Below the pieces are notes generated by a model. The model searched no databases. It was given only the letters and a program-made list of their open reading frames with translations, and was not told where the DNA came from. Position numbers and translations under genes: made by a program. Shown in pieces: positions 10,923-21,414 of a DNA stretch of 64,000 nucleotides. The DNA lies in assembly GCA_963793265.1 (NCBI GenBank), contig CAWBZI010000006.1, positions 320,001 to 384,000 on the forward strand, in the 5' to 3' direction. Each line of letters opens with the position of its first letter. Position 1 is the stretch's first letter. Origin of the DNA: an uncultured cyanobacterium (GTDB lineage: Bacteria; Cyanobacteriota; Cyanobacteriia; Phormidesmidales; Phormidesmidaceae).

Positions 10923-11390
10923 CTATAAGCGACGGCGCGCGTCTAACCACTGCTGCAAAATAATAGCAGCGGCTTTTCTATCAATCAAACCTTTTTTGGC
11001 GTTTTTCTTTTGGCCCTTTTTCTGGCCTTTTGGAGCGCTGTTTGGAGGACGGCGCGATCGCCCCTCAGCCATCATCATTTCTTCAGCCGCAAAAGAAGTT
11101 AGCCGCTCGTCAACAAATTCTACCGGCAAGTTCAGCGCCTTCGACAGCATCCTCGCCTGCTTCTGCGTTTTCTTAGCCTGGCTACCAATCTCACCACCTA
11201 AGGTATAGGGTAAGCCAACGACTAATACCTCAATGTTTCTTTGTTCGACAAGTTTGCGCAGGGGAATCAGAACGCTCTCAAAGGTGGTGCGGTGGAGCGT
11301 GGTGAGGCCGGTGGCGATGAGGCCAGTGCGATCGCAGCCCGCCACCCCAATTCGCCTCGCACCCAAATCCAGTCCTAATGCAGAAACCAT
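10923..11390 (-). CDS. ruvX: YqgF/RuvX RNase H-fold nuclease (pre-16S rRNA processing)
   Basis: LGLDLGARRIGVA, VVGLP, VDERLTS, IDRKAAAIILQQWL. Confidence 0.93.
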   Translation of the reverse strand: MVSALGLDLGARRIGVAGCDRTGLIATGLTTLHRTTFESVLIPLRKLVEQRNIEVLVVGLPYTLGGEIGSQAKKTQKQARMLSKALNLPVEFVDERLTSFAAEEMMMAEGRSRRPPNSAPKGQKKGQKKNAKKGLIDRKAAAIILQQWLDARRRL

Positions 11391-11418
11391 ATATGCCTAC
11401 CAGCCTTAACAGACTGCA

Positions 11419-12768
11419 TCAACCAGCCGCGTCATCATCCGTCGTCTTCTGAGCGCCCTCACTAGAACTTCCATCCAGCGGCAGCTTAGTCATATTTTCC
11501 AAAGAGAACCTATCCCAGGCCAAGCCATCCCAGCTCAGCCCGTCACCCGCAGGTGTATCTAGCGCTGGGCCATGCCACGAAAAGCGCCCCGGCAGCGGTG
11601 TCCCGGTCGGCTGCAACCCAGCCAGTCCGCTCGGCAGCTTCAGCCCTTCTAGCGCGCCCGCCTTAGACTCACGCACCTTATGCCACACAGAGCGCGACAT
11701 CATCAGCGTATTTTCAATCTCAAGCGCGCCAATTTGCCGCAAATACTCTTCCCGCTCCGTCTGATAGTCAAGCGACATAAGTTGCAGCGGCTGATTCGGA
11801 AACTTCTGCACCACCCCAGCCATCTGCGCCATCAGCTCAGGATAGAGCCAGGTATAGGCCGGATGCACCGTCAGCTTGGCGCTATGCGGCGCACTGCCAT
11901 CGCGACAAATTTTAATTTCAAAATAGCCAATCGCCGTCTTCCGCTGTGGCTCAAACACGTAGGCCGAAACGGTTTCTTCGCGATGAACCAAACGGGTCAT
12001 CCGCGCTTTAAATTTGCCTGCAAACGTGGTCTTAAAGTCTTGAATTTGGTAGTCCAGCACCTGACGCACTAGCGGCGGAATAGAGACGGTTTCGAGCTGA
12101 TAAATAAGCTGCGCGTCGGCATTGCTCACCGGCAGCAAATTAGGCAAATCAGGATCGTGCTCAGAAAGCGACTCTAGCTGCTCGGGCTGAATTGACCAGT
12201 AGGTTGCACGTGCCAAAGGCTGAAAGCCGTTGTGTCGATATAAGGAAAGGCCAAACGTATCGTTAACGTCTGTTTCACTAATCCAATACTGGGCCTCGCG
12301 AATATGCTCAAAGCAGTGGCGCAAAAGCTGCGAGCCCACGTCCATACTCAAATGAAGCTGAGGATTTTCACCTTCTGCCCCCTCCACAGGAGGTTGCTCA
12401 TCTGAATTGCTCTTTTTCTTTGACTTAGCCTTCTTCGCAGCTTTCTGAGCCAGATTCACCAGCATCCGATCAACTTTCCAGGTGCTCAATGTTCGGTTAA
12501 ATGGCGATACCTGCACCATGCCATGCAGCGCCCCATCGGCTTCGGCCACAAAGGCTGAGAAGAGATGCTGTAACGGGTTTGGGAATAAAGTCAGCGCCTT
12601 CATGGGGCCATACCAGCGGCGCAACTGCTGAATGTACTCGGCAATTTCGGGCGCTTCGGTGGCGTGAGAAGCAATCTCGGTAGCACCAGCAACCCTGATA
12701 TTGTCTAAATCACGCAGGTGAATAGAGCGAATAAAAAGAGTGGAATCTGAAGAATTGCTTCGAGTCAT
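11419..12768 (-). CDS. Cyanobacterial GNAT-family protein
   Basis: GMVQVSPFNRTLSTWKVDR, VGSQLLRHCFE, LYRHNGFQPLA. Confidence 0.75.
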   Translation of the reverse strand: MTRSNSSDSTLFIRSIHLRDLDNIRVAGATEIASHATEAPEIAEYIQQLRRWYGPMKALTLFPNPLQHLFSAFVAEADGALHGMVQVSPFNRTLSTWKVDRMLVNLAQKAAKKAKSKKKSNSDEQPPVEGAEGENPQLHLSMDVGSQLLRHCFEHIREAQYWISETDVNDTFGLSLYRHNGFQPLARATYWSIQPEQLESLSEHDPDLPNLLPVSNADAQLIYQLETVSIPPLVRQVLDYQIQDFKTTFAGKFKARMTRLVHREETVSAYVFEPQRKTAIGYFEIKICRDGSAPHSAKLTVHPAYTWLYPELMAQMAGVVQKFPNQPLQLMSLDYQTEREEYLRQIGALEIENTLMMSRSVWHKVRESKAGALEGLKLPSGLAGLQPTGTPLPGRFSWHGPALDTPAGDGLSWDGLAWDRFSLENMTKLPLDGSSSEGAQKTTDDDAAG

Positions 12769-12810
12769 AAGAACTCCGTAAGGGCGCTTTGTAAGAGCAA
12801 GGGGTTTCGG

Positions 12811-13977
12811 CTATTTTGGGCGGATGAGCACAACGGGCGTTTGCTCGTCGGCGTTGCCCGCAGGGTTATCAATCAAAGCCTGAACCAGTAAAGGCTGATC
12901 GGTGCCAGCGGTCGCTGCTAATATTTTAACGGCTTTTAAATCGTTGACATCCACAATGGCCGCTTTAAGTCCGGTTTCTGCAAAAATTTGGTCTACAAGT
13001 CGCTGAGAATGGGCCGGGCCAAGCACAATGAACTGATCAAAGGGCGGCAGGGTGCCGGTCACATCGTCAATCAGCCGCGCCTGCTCGCCTGCTAGCTGAT
13101 AAAACATTCCAGGCTTGCCGAATACTTTGGCGACCGCGCCAATCGCAAACGCCCAGGCTACCTGCCACGGCCCCGACACATCAATCAGCGTTTGCATACC
13201 GCAGGCCGTGGCCAAACTAGAGGTCGGCATGAAGTAGTAGCACAGACGCTTGGCTAGCCAGCCGGGCTTCACGGTGTTGGGATGGCGCAACCGGCTTTGC
13301 ATAATTGCAACCGGCGTTTCGCCAATGGTGACGATATCGCCTTCTTTGGCGCAGGGCTTGACGTAGTGCTTAACGATTTCTACGGTGTCGTCAAGGTTGG
13401 TCAGCAGGTGAGTGGGGATGGGCAGAATGCTCGCGACGCTGTTTTCACGCCAGTTGTTCGCGGCTTCTGGCTTAGGGAATTTGAGCGGGAAGATGAAGTG
13501 GCCGGTTTTAGGAATGCGGCCTTCGGGGCCGTAGGAGGTGTAGTGCACCTGCACCCAGAGCGATTTGAGCTGGCTGAGGTCAGGGCCAGTGATATCTATC
13601 TTCAGCTTGGCGTTGGTGGCTTTGCCGACTTTGACGATGTAGGCAAACCAATAGTTGTCAGACCGCGCGGGAAAGTCTTCGTGCTGGGGAATAACCTCTG
13701 TTTTGACGGTAATGCCGTCTAAGGAGCCTTTTGAAAGTAGCTTGTACTCTACGTCTACATCGGCAATGAATATTTCTAGGGTGCGGGTGCGGTTTGAGAA
13801 AACTGCGTCTAGCGAGATTGCGTAGTGGTTAGGCTCGTAGGTGTCCAGCTTCCAGTCTTTAGCAGTCAGTTCTAGATCATTGCCGGGGCGCTGGCGATAC
13901 TGCCATTCGATGAATAGGTAGGCCGCAACGCCGATGATAATTATCAGTAAAAATAACGTTCCAATCGCGGACACCAT
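12811..13977 (-). CDS. F420-0:gamma-glutamyl ligase-like (CofE/DUF129) protein with N-terminal TM
   Basis: GDIVTIGETPVAIMQ, ARLIDDVTGTLPPFD, AIVDVNDL, NPAGNADEQTPVVLIR. Confidence 0.75.
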   Translation of the reverse strand: MVSAIGTLFLLIIIIGVAAYLFIEWQYRQRPGNDLELTAKDWKLDTYEPNHYAISLDAVFSNRTRTLEIFIADVDVEYKLLSKGSLDGITVKTEVIPQHEDFPARSDNYWFAYIVKVGKATNAKLKIDITGPDLSQLKSLWVQVHYTSYGPEGRIPKTGHFIFPLKFPKPEAANNWRENSVASILPIPTHLLTNLDDTVEIVKHYVKPCAKEGDIVTIGETPVAIMQSRLRHPNTVKPGWLAKRLCYYFMPTSSLATACGMQTLIDVSGPWQVAWAFAIGAVAKVFGKPGMFYQLAGEQARLIDDVTGTLPPFDQFIVLGPAHSQRLVDQIFAETGLKAAIVDVNDLKAVKILAATAGTDQPLLVQALIDNPAGNADEQTPVVLIRPK

Positions 13978-14058
13978 ACCTAAACCTCTTTCCTCAAGAC
14001 CTGCTACGCACCAGATTGTAGGCGATCGCTGTAACACCTCAATAAAAATTAAGTCGCC

Positions 14059-14556
14059 CTACAGCAGATTAAACAGCGCGTCATCCAGCTCATAGCCCAG
14101 CATTTGCGTCATAAACTTCAGGCGCGATCGCCCGTCTATCTGCTGACCTTTTAGCCAGCTATCAATCGCAAACACCTTGCCCATCACAAAAATCTCTAGT
14201 GACTCCGGGTTATAACGAATGCCGTCAATTGGGCTGAACTGATGCGGCACCAGCATGGCCGTATAGCGACTCAGCTCACCTGACTCCCAGTCAAGATAAA
14301 GCGGTAGCCAGGGGTATTGCGCGTCTAGCCGGATGAACCACAGGCGAATTTCTGGGATTTCTGACAGCTCACGCGGATCGCTGGCCTCGCGCGGAAAATC
14401 GATTTCAAAGCTGAACATGAGATCGGAGCTGCTGAGCGCTTTGCCTTTTGAAGGGTCTGTATCGTGCGCTTTGATAACGGGATCGATGACCTGCTGTGCC
14501 GGGGTGAGATCGAGAGATTGGAAATGAGGAGTGGTGAGAGCGATCGCTTGTTTCAT
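14059..14556 (-). CDS. CRR6-family NDH-1 (NdhI) maturation factor (DUF1817)
   Basis: DPRELSEIPEIRLWFIRLDAQYPWLP...RYTAMLVPHQF...NPESLEIF. Confidence 0.88.
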   Translation of the reverse strand: MKQAIALTTPHFQSLDLTPAQQVIDPVIKAHDTDPSKGKALSSSDLMFSFEIDFPREASDPRELSEIPEIRLWFIRLDAQYPWLPLYLDWESGELSRYTAMLVPHQFSPIDGIRYNPESLEIFVMGKVFAIDSWLKGQQIDGRSRLKFMTQMLGYELDDALFNLL

Positions 14557-14647
14557 ACGAAAAGAAATGAAGGGCTCTTTCCATTTTGCCAGGCGACTGG
14601 GCTTAGGGATTGCTGTATTCTTTGTCTAGTGTTTTCGTGCGATCGCC

Positions 14648-15799
14648 ATGGCTACCTCCCCCTCGGGATCTTCCAATCCTCCCAAAAAGAAGATCTGCAT
14701 CACCCTGGGCACTCGCCCCGAGGCCATCAAATTAGCACCCGTCATCCGCACCTTTCAGCAAAACCCTGAGTTCAGCAGCAAATTCGACACCCAGGTCGTA
14801 CTCACAGGCCAGCACAAAGAAATGGTCGCACAAGTCATGTCGCTCTTTGAGCTGCAAGCCGACCACGATCTCGACATCATGCAGCCTAAGCAAACCCTTA
14901 GCGACATCACCTGCCGCAGCCTTCAAGGGTTAGAGTCCTTGTTTGTAGAAATGAAGCCTGACATGGTGATCTCTCAGGGCGATACCACCACTGCTTTTGC
15001 CGCTGCCCTCGCCGCCTTTTATCAGCAGATTCCAGTCGGCCACGTCGAAGCCGGTTTGCGCACCGACAATATTTTGAACCCCTTCCCCGAAGAAGCCAAC
15101 CGCAGACTCGTTTCCCAAATCGCCACGCTGCACTTTGCGCCCACCGCCCAATCGGTCACTAACCTCAAAGCTTCAGGCGTGACCCAGGGCATTCATCAAA
15201 CCGGCAATACCGTTATTGACGCGCTGCTCACCGTTGCCGACCAGTTCCCTGTTTGCGAAGTTGCGGGCCTTGACTGGGACAAACACCGCGTTATTCTTTC
15301 AACCGTTCACCGCCGAGAAAATTGGGGTGAACCGCTTAAAGATATCGCCCAAAGTTTTTTAGAAATTCTGAACGCCTTTCCCGACACGGCGCTGCTACTG
15401 CCCTTACATCGTAATCCCACCGTTCGAGAGCCGCTTAAGGCATTGCTAGGCGATCATCCTCGCGCATTTTTAGTAGAACCTTTGGACTATGCTCAGCTCG
15501 TTGGGGCGATGAAGCGCTGTACGCTGCTGCTGACTGATTCTGGTGGACTGCAAGAAGAAGCGCCGGGCCTTGGTAAGCCTGTGTTGGTGCTTAGAGAGAC
15601 AACGGAAAGGCCAGAAGCCGTTGAGGCGGGTACGGCCAAGTTAGTCGGGACTCGTCCGTCAACAGTTATCGCTGCTGCCTCAGAGCTATTAAGTGATAGA
15701 GCGGCCTATTCAGCGATGGCAAAGGCGGTCAATCCTTTTGGCGACGGCTTCGCGGCGCAGCGCATTGCCGAGATTGTCACTGACTACTTTTCAGACTGA
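14648..15799 (+). CDS. wecB: UDP-N-acetylglucosamine 2-epimerase (non-hydrolysing)
   Basis: GTRPEAIK, QGDTTT, HVEAGLRT, PFPEEANR, TDSGGLQEEAP. Confidence 0.96.
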   Translation: MATSPSGSSNPPKKKICITLGTRPEAIKLAPVIRTFQQNPEFSSKFDTQVVLTGQHKEMVAQVMSLFELQADHDLDIMQPKQTLSDITCRSLQGLESLFVEMKPDMVISQGDTTTAFAAALAAFYQQIPVGHVEAGLRTDNILNPFPEEANRRLVSQIATLHFAPTAQSVTNLKASGVTQGIHQTGNTVIDALLTVADQFPVCEVAGLDWDKHRVILSTVHRRENWGEPLKDIAQSFLEILNAFPDTALLLPLHRNPTVREPLKALLGDHPRAFLVEPLDYAQLVGAMKRCTLLLTDSGGLQEEAPGLGKPVLVLRETTERPEAVEAGTAKLVGTRPSTVIAAASELLSDRAAYSAMAKAVNPFGDGFAAQRIAEIVTDYFSD

Positions 15800-15816
15800 C
15801 TACTTTTCAGGGTGAT

Positions 15817-15862
15817 GGTTTGCTGTGTCGAAGGCGGAGGGCTAAGGCTTTATGCCCCTGCG
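15817..15862 (-). repeat. REP-like palindromic element (copy A)
   Basis: Minus strand cgcaggggcataaagccttagccctccg-ccttcgacacagcaaacc, similar to 42052-42111. Confidence 0.6.
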
Positions 15863-15880
15863 GATTTGTTGGTGACATTC

Positions 15881-16141
15881 TTAAGAATCTTCTTCCTTGA
15901 TTTCTTTGACTAAATTCTTTTTGGAAGCCTTTAGCTCTTTCCACAGCTCCTTAATATCGTTGTAGGCTTCAGCGCTACTTACCTTGCCACCCGTTTCTAA
16001 GCCACAAATGAGCGCTACTCGCTGAGCAAATTCTTGCAAGTTGGCATTAAAGGCCAGATTTTGAGGCGTGAACTCACCTTGATAGGTGTTTCGCGGCGTG
16101 AAGAACTCGTCTCTTAGCTGCTTTTTATTCTTCTCTGGCAT
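15881..16141 (-). CDS. Conserved small cyanobacterial hypothetical protein
   Basis: YQGEFTPQNLAFNANLQEFAQRVALICGLETGGKVSSAEAY is a recognisable cyanobacterial family motif. Confidence 0.85.
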   Translation of the reverse strand: MPEKNKKQLRDEFFTPRNTYQGEFTPQNLAFNANLQEFAQRVALICGLETGGKVSSAEAYNDIKELWKELKASKKNLVKEIKEEDS

Positions 16142-16369
16142 CTATATGCTCCTGTGGCTGAACAAAGAAAATTTAGATTATTCTGGTATACGGATTTGGC
16201 AATAAATAGAATCGGTATTTTTTAGTTTGGTTATCACAGAACGCTCTTTGATTGCACGCTTTGGCTACAGAGCGCCTTGTCTTATAAGGGGGAATCTAAT
16301 GCCATAAGAACTTGACTGTAGTCTGTAATAGTAGCTCGTTTTCTCTTAATTACCTAGTCTCAACTCAAT

Positions 16370-16383
16370 GTAGTATCCGATAC
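16370..16383. promoter_or_regulatory. Putative NtcA box
   Basis: GTA-gtatccga-TAC (GTA-N8-TAC) in a divergent intergenic region. Confidence 0.35.
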
Positions 16384-16654
16384 TGGTTTTACTCATTCTC
16401 CTATGTTCAGCTAGCGGAGGGTTCATCAGTGCGGCATATTTTAATCGAAAGTAGGCCACAAAATTGTTTTGTGTGAGTCTCCATATACAAAGACAAAAAT
16501 TAATAGGGACTGACCTGATTGAGCCGGATCAGTGGGTAAGATACTAATATCAAATCTTATTTATGTGTGACGAATGTTACGCCGATGGGCCAGTCCAAAG
16601 GTGTCACACGCAAACTATTCTCAAGAAATCTTCTCAAGTTGAGAGCAGCGAGTT

Positions 16655-18511
16655 TTGCCCATGAGCTTCAGCCAATCGTTCGATGTCGCGCATACTTTTC
16701 GCCGTGTATTTAAGACGAACGTATTGAAAAAAGGACTCAGCGCAGGCTTCTTAGGATTGGGCTTAACCACACTGGCAGCGCCTGGTGGTGTGGCTGCTGA
16801 GCGAGTGGTGCTCAAAGTAGGCCCGCTGCGACAGTCCATTGAGGTGACCGATTTGGAAACCTTTGCAGAAACAGGAGAGGTGCCTGATAATCTCAGCCTT
16901 TACAAGCGGTTTTTATCGCCTCAGGTGCAGCTTAGCTTGGGCCAAACGCTGGATCTAGACCCAAGAATGGGCGATCGCATCATCGAAGACGTGATGAATT
17001 CAGCCAACGGCGAACTCCTCCTCGACACCCTTTCGCAAATTGCACCAAACCTCACACTGCCTCAGCTCCAAGCCGCCATCCGCCTTGCCGCCACCCAAAG
17101 CAACGGCCTCAGCGTACTCGGCATTCTTCGCGCCGTCCCTCAAGACACCCTAGAAGTCGATTTAAGCTCAGCGATCGCCCTCGTCTCACAAATCAACCTT
17201 TCCAACCTGGAAAGCCAGTCTCTCAGCGGCGTACTAGAGCAAGAGCTTAAGACCACCGATTTAGCCGCAGCGCTACCCACCGATATCAATCCAGCGGCAT
17301 CCGGCTCCGTAGACTTTTCCTATCGCACCCTATCTTTTCGCGATGAGGGGCGCGATCGCGTTATTCCCCTCAACCTGTACTGGAACCGAGACGCCCACGG
17401 CCCGTTAGTCATCCTCTCTCACGGCTTTGGCGCAGACCGCTTTTTCCTCAGCTATCTTGCTGAACATTTAGCCTCTCACGGGCTCACAGTCGTTTCGATA
17501 GAGCATCCTGGGAGCAATGTTCAAGCACTTGTCAATTTGCCGCTAGATCCCGGTGCAGTGGGCTCACCTAGCAAGCTATTACCCGCTACAGAATTCTTAG
17601 ATCGGCCTCGCGATGTGAGCTTTGTGCTCGACCGCCTCAGCCAAATGAACGAAAGCGACTCGATCTATCAGGAGGCTTTCAACACTGAAGACGTGACGAT
17701 GATCGGTCACTCTTTAGGTGGCTATACCGGGCTGGCCTTGGCCGGGGCGAAGTTGGACTTGCGATCGCTCCAAAGCTTCTGTCAAAACATTCAGCCATTG
17801 GGCGTTTCCCCTGCCGACTGGCTCCAATGTGCCGCCGTGGACTTAGACGAACAGCAGGCCGACTTAAGCGATGGCCGTATTAAGCAGGTCGTTGCAATGA
17901 ATACGCTAACGGGTCAACTATTTGGCGATGCGGGCCTCTCAGAAGTCACCGTGCCGACGCTGCTACTAACGGGCACCAAAGACAGCGTGACCCCGACTCT
18001 GGATCATCAGCTCGCACCTTTCGAGCAGCTTGCCGGAGAAAAGTATCTGCTCGCGGTTATTGGCGGCACCCACCTCAGTACAGGTGACCCGGAGAACGTA
18101 AACCCAGCGCTCACCGAGCTACCGTTCATGTCTGAGCTGCGGCCCGCAGAAACCGAAAACCTGCGACGAATGCTAAAAGGAGTGTCTTTGAGTTTTGTTG
18201 AGCAGCGATCGCCCGAAGCCGCACAATATAAACCTTTTTTAAGCTCAGCCTACGTCCAGTCATTCTCTACCTCAGTGCTGCCCCTGAGGCTGGTAGAAAC
18301 CTTGCCCAGCGGCGTCCGTAGCTGGCTTGAGATGACCTCTAGACTTTCAGCTAATGCGCAGCCCGGCATCACCGATCAGGTGATGTCGTTGAGCTATCTA
18401 AAAGCGATTGAAACCAAGCCGCAGTGGCAGAAAACGATTGCAGTGCATTTGCAGGCGGCTCAAGTAGCGACTTTGTTGCGATCGCCCTTCCCCTTCATGG
18501 CCGGTCTCTAA
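16655..18511 (+). CDS. DUF1400-containing alpha/beta hydrolase
   Basis: Signal-like N-terminus, AAERVVLKVGP (DUF1400), SHGFG, GHSLGG nucleophile elbow, GGTHLS. Confidence 0.88.
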   Translation: MPMSFSQSFDVAHTFRRVFKTNVLKKGLSAGFLGLGLTTLAAPGGVAAERVVLKVGPLRQSIEVTDLETFAETGEVPDNLSLYKRFLSPQVQLSLGQTLDLDPRMGDRIIEDVMNSANGELLLDTLSQIAPNLTLPQLQAAIRLAATQSNGLSVLGILRAVPQDTLEVDLSSAIALVSQINLSNLESQSLSGVLEQELKTTDLAAALPTDINPAASGSVDFSYRTLSFRDEGRDRVIPLNLYWNRDAHGPLVILSHGFGADRFFLSYLAEHLASHGLTVVSIEHPGSNVQALVNLPLDPGAVGSPSKLLPATEFLDRPRDVSFVLDRLSQMNESDSIYQEAFNTEDVTMIGHSLGGYTGLALAGAKLDLRSLQSFCQNIQPLGVSPADWLQCAAVDLDEQQADLSDGRIKQVVAMNTLTGQLFGDAGLSEVTVPTLLLTGTKDSVTPTLDHQLAPFEQLAGEKYLLAVIGGTHLSTGDPENVNPALTELPFMSELRPAETENLRRMLKGVSLSFVEQRSPEAAQYKPFLSSAYVQSFSTSVLPLRLVETLPSGVRSWLEMTSRLSANAQPGITDQVMSLSYLKAIETKPQWQKTIAVHLQAAQVATLLRSPFPFMAGL

Positions 18512-18638
18512 TCACAAACCACTCGTGAGCATTTCGTCAAAAAGTTTAGATCCTAAATAGCCTTGATAGGCGGTTGTTCTGCCAGAATAGAGTACTGCAA
18601 ACCTAGTAGCAGTTACTAAACTTCTGGAGAGAACTCGA

Positions 18639-20324
18639 ATGCCGGATAATCGCAAAAGTCAGGTAGTCACCCAGGGCGTACAGCGGGCTCCTAACCGAGC
18701 GATGCTAAGGGCAGTGGGCTTTGGTGATGACGATTTCAAAAAGCCCATTGTCGGCCTTGCCAATGGCTACAGCACAATCACACCCTGCAACATGGGCATC
18801 AATTCTCTTGCCCTTCGCGGTGAAGCGGCCCTAAGAGAAGCGGGCGCAATGCCTCAAATGTTCGGCACCATCACCATCAGCGACGGCATTTCGATGGGCA
18901 CCGAAGGGATGAAATATTCCCTGGTGTCTCGTGAGGTGATTGCCGACTCTATTGAAACGGCCTGCACGGGTCAGAGTATGGACGCGGTGCTAGCGATTGG
19001 TGGCTGCGATAAGAATATGCCGGGGGCGGTGATTGCGATCGCCCGCATGAATATCCCCGCTGTGTTCGTCTACGGCGGTACCATCAAGCCCGGCCACTTA
19101 GACGGCGAAGACCTTACCGTTGTTAGCGCCTTTGAAGCCGTTGGTCAGTACAGCGCCGGTAAAATTAGCAAAGAACGTCTGGATGCAGTAGAGCGCCATT
19201 CTTGTCCGGGCGCAGGCTCCTGCGGCGGCATGTTTACGGCAAACACGATGTCTTCTGCCATTGAGGCAATGGGTCTGAGCCTACCAGGATCTTCGACGAT
19301 GGCCGCTGAAGATGAAGAAAAAGCCGTCAGTACTGAAAAGTCTGCTTTTGCTTTGGTAGAAGCGATTCGGCAGCAGATTTTGCCCAAAGATATTCTGACG
19401 CGGAAGGCGTTTGAGAATGCGATGTCGGTGATTATGGCGGTCGGCGGATCGACTAATTCGGTGCTGCATTTGCTTGCGATCGCCCACACCATCGGCGTAG
19501 ATCTCACCATCGACGACTTTGAAGCCATCCGCCAAAAAGTCCCCGTCTTCTGCGACCTCAAGCCTTCAGGCCGCTACGTCGCCACCGACCTCCACAAATC
19601 CGGCGGCATCCCCCAGGTGATGAAAATGCTCCTCAACGAAGGACTCCTCCACGGCGATGCCCTCACCGTCAGCGGCCAAACCGTAGCCGAAGTTTTAGCC
19701 GACATCCCCGACCAGCCCTCACCCGATCAAGATGTCATCCGCCCCTTCAACAAGCCGATGTATCCCCAAGGCCACCTCGGCATCCTCAAAGGCAACCTGG
19801 CCCCCGAAGGCGCAGTCTCCAAACTCACCGGCATCAAAAACCGCTCCATCACCGGCCCCGCCCGCGTCTTTGAATCCGAAGAAGACTGCCTAGACGCAAT
19901 CCTAGCCAACAAAATCAAAGCAGGCGATGTCATCGTCGTACGCTACGAAGGCCCCAAAGGTGGCCCTGGAATGCGTGAAATGCTCGCCCCCACTTCCGCC
20001 ATCATCGGCGCAGGCTTAGGCGACTCAGTGGGCCTCATCACCGATGGCCGATTCTCCGGCGGCACCTACGGCATGGTCGTTGGCCACGTCGCCCCCGAAG
20101 CTGCAGTCGGCGGCACCATCGGCCTCGTCAAAGAAGGCGACACCATCACCATCGACGCCGATAAGCTGTTGCTGCAAGTGAACGTCTCTGATGATGAACT
20201 GGCAGAACGCAAAACGCAGTGGAGTCCGCCGAAGCCTCGTTATGAGCGTGGTGTGCTGGCGAAGTACGCGAAGTTGGTTTCTTCAAGCAGTAAAGGCGCT
20301 GTAACAGATAGAGACTTGTTCTAG
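18639..20324 (+). CDS. ilvD: Dihydroxy-acid dehydratase
   Basis: [38 protein letters not shown]. Confidence 0.97.
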   Translation: MPDNRKSQVVTQGVQRAPNRAMLRAVGFGDDDFKKPIVGLANGYSTITPCNMGINSLALRGEAALREAGAMPQMFGTITISDGISMGTEGMKYSLVSREVIADSIETACTGQSMDAVLAIGGCDKNMPGAVIAIARMNIPAVFVYGGTIKPGHLDGEDLTVVSAFEAVGQYSAGKISKERLDAVERHSCPGAGSCGGMFTANTMSSAIEAMGLSLPGSSTMAAEDEEKAVSTEKSAFALVEAIRQQILPKDILTRKAFENAMSVIMAVGGSTNSVLHLLAIAHTIGVDLTIDDFEAIRQKVPVFCDLKPSGRYVATDLHKSGGIPQVMKMLLNEGLLHGDALTVSGQTVAEVLADIPDQPSPDQDVIRPFNKPMYPQGHLGILKGNLAPEGAVSKLTGIKNRSITGPARVFESEEDCLDAILANKIKAGDVIVVRYEGPKGGPGMREMLAPTSAIIGAGLGDSVGLITDGRFSGGTYGMVVGHVAPEAAVGGTIGLVKEGDTITIDADKLLLQVNVSDDELAERKTQWSPPKPRYERGVLAKYAKLVSSSSKGAVTDRDLF

Positions 20325-20419
20325 GAAGTTACAATCACTTAAAAGCGCTAGCTAGAGTCATCACCAGATTTTTCTAGCTAGTTGCTGATTCATTAAGCGG
20401 CGAACACTAACGAATAGCT

Positions 20420-20656
20420 ATGTCAGTCAGCTCAGAAACGGTTAAGCGAGACATCGATTTACTCACCAGCGATCAGCTTCAGCAGATTGCTGATTTTATC
20501 GCTTTTTTGAGGTTTCGAGATAAGCGTCAACACATCGTCTTAGATCCTGAGCAGCTAGCTCTATTAGCGACTGAGTTTGCTGATGAGGATCGGGCGATTG
20601 CAGAAGAGGGCATAAATGACTACGCCAAGATGCTTCTACAAGAAGACAAATCATGA
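20420..20656 (+). CDS. Putative antitoxin (DUF2281-like)
   Basis: Small acidic ORF (LQQIADFIAFLRFR...EDRAIAEEGINDY) overlapping the PemK-like gene by ATGA. Confidence 0.7.
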   Translation: MSVSSETVKRDIDLLTSDQLQQIADFIAFLRFRDKRQHIVLDPEQLALLATEFADEDRAIAEEGINDYAKMLLQEDKS

Positions 20657-21006
20657 AAGCGCCGCTGAAACGAGGCGAAGTTTGGCTAGCTGCGCTAAAT
20701 CCGTCTCAAGGCTCCGAACAGGCGGGTACCCGCCCAGTCATTATCTTTCAGAACAACGTCATATCACAGTTTTCTACCACGATCATTACCATCCCCCTAA
20801 CAAGTAATCAGCGCCGTGCTAGATTGCCTATTTGCTTACTGATAGAGCAGGGAGACGGCGGCTTAGCACAAACTTCTGTCGCCTTGTGTTTTCAAATGCG
20901 CGCAATCGATAAAACACGGCTTATCAAAAAGCTGGGTCGGCTGAAAGAAAAAACGGTTACTCAACTAGAAGCAGTTGTCTTGATAACTCTAGGCTACGAG
21001 ACATAG
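20653..21006 (+). CDS. PemK/MazF-family endoribonuclease toxin
   Basis: RGEVWLAALNPSQGSEQAGTRPVII, IPLTS, QMRAIDKTRL. Confidence 0.92.
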   Translation: MKAPLKRGEVWLAALNPSQGSEQAGTRPVIIFQNNVISQFSTTIITIPLTSNQRRARLPICLLIEQGDGGLAQTSVALCFQMRAIDKTRLIKKLGRLKEKTVTQLEAVVLITLGYET

Positions 21007-21036
21007 ATTTTTCGTCAGTCATTCTTTAAATAACTC

Positions 21037-21255
21037 ATGAGTAAGTATAGTCTGTTCATTCAATGGTCTGACGAAGATCAGCTTTTCCTTGTAACGATTC
21101 CAGAATTTGATGGGCTTGTACTTATGCCTTGCACTCACGGAAAGACCCGTGAGGAAGCTATTAAAAATGGCGAAGAGGTTATTGAGATGTATCTAGAAGC
21201 GTGGCAAATAGAAGGGGAATCCATTCCCAAACCCAGAACGCTACAGGCTGCATAA
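21037..21255 (+). CDS. HicB-family antitoxin (short form)
   Basis: YSLFIQWSDEDQLFLVTIPEF...THGKTREEAIKNGEEVI...IPKP. Confidence 0.88.
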   Translation: MSKYSLFIQWSDEDQLFLVTIPEFDGLVLMPCTHGKTREEAIKNGEEVIEMYLEAWQIEGESIPKPRTLQAA

Positions 21256-21272
21256 CATATGCAATAAATATA

Positions 21273-21347
21273 ATGATTAGCTCCGCCGAAATTCAAGATT
21301 TTTGTCAGGAGATTGTTAACAATAGCATTGTCAACCTGCATAGCTAG
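21273..21347 (+). pseudogene. Truncated remnant resembling the N-terminus of a minimal nucleotidyltransferase (MNT) antitoxin
   Basis: MISSAEIQDFCQEIV then diverges and stops before the IILFGS motif. Similarity from memory of family N-termini. Confidence 0.4.
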
Positions 21348-21414
21348 ATATTTACGCAAAGTGGATTAGTAAGCTGGCTTACAATTAAGACAACCGTTAA
21401 AGGAGGGCCACTCT

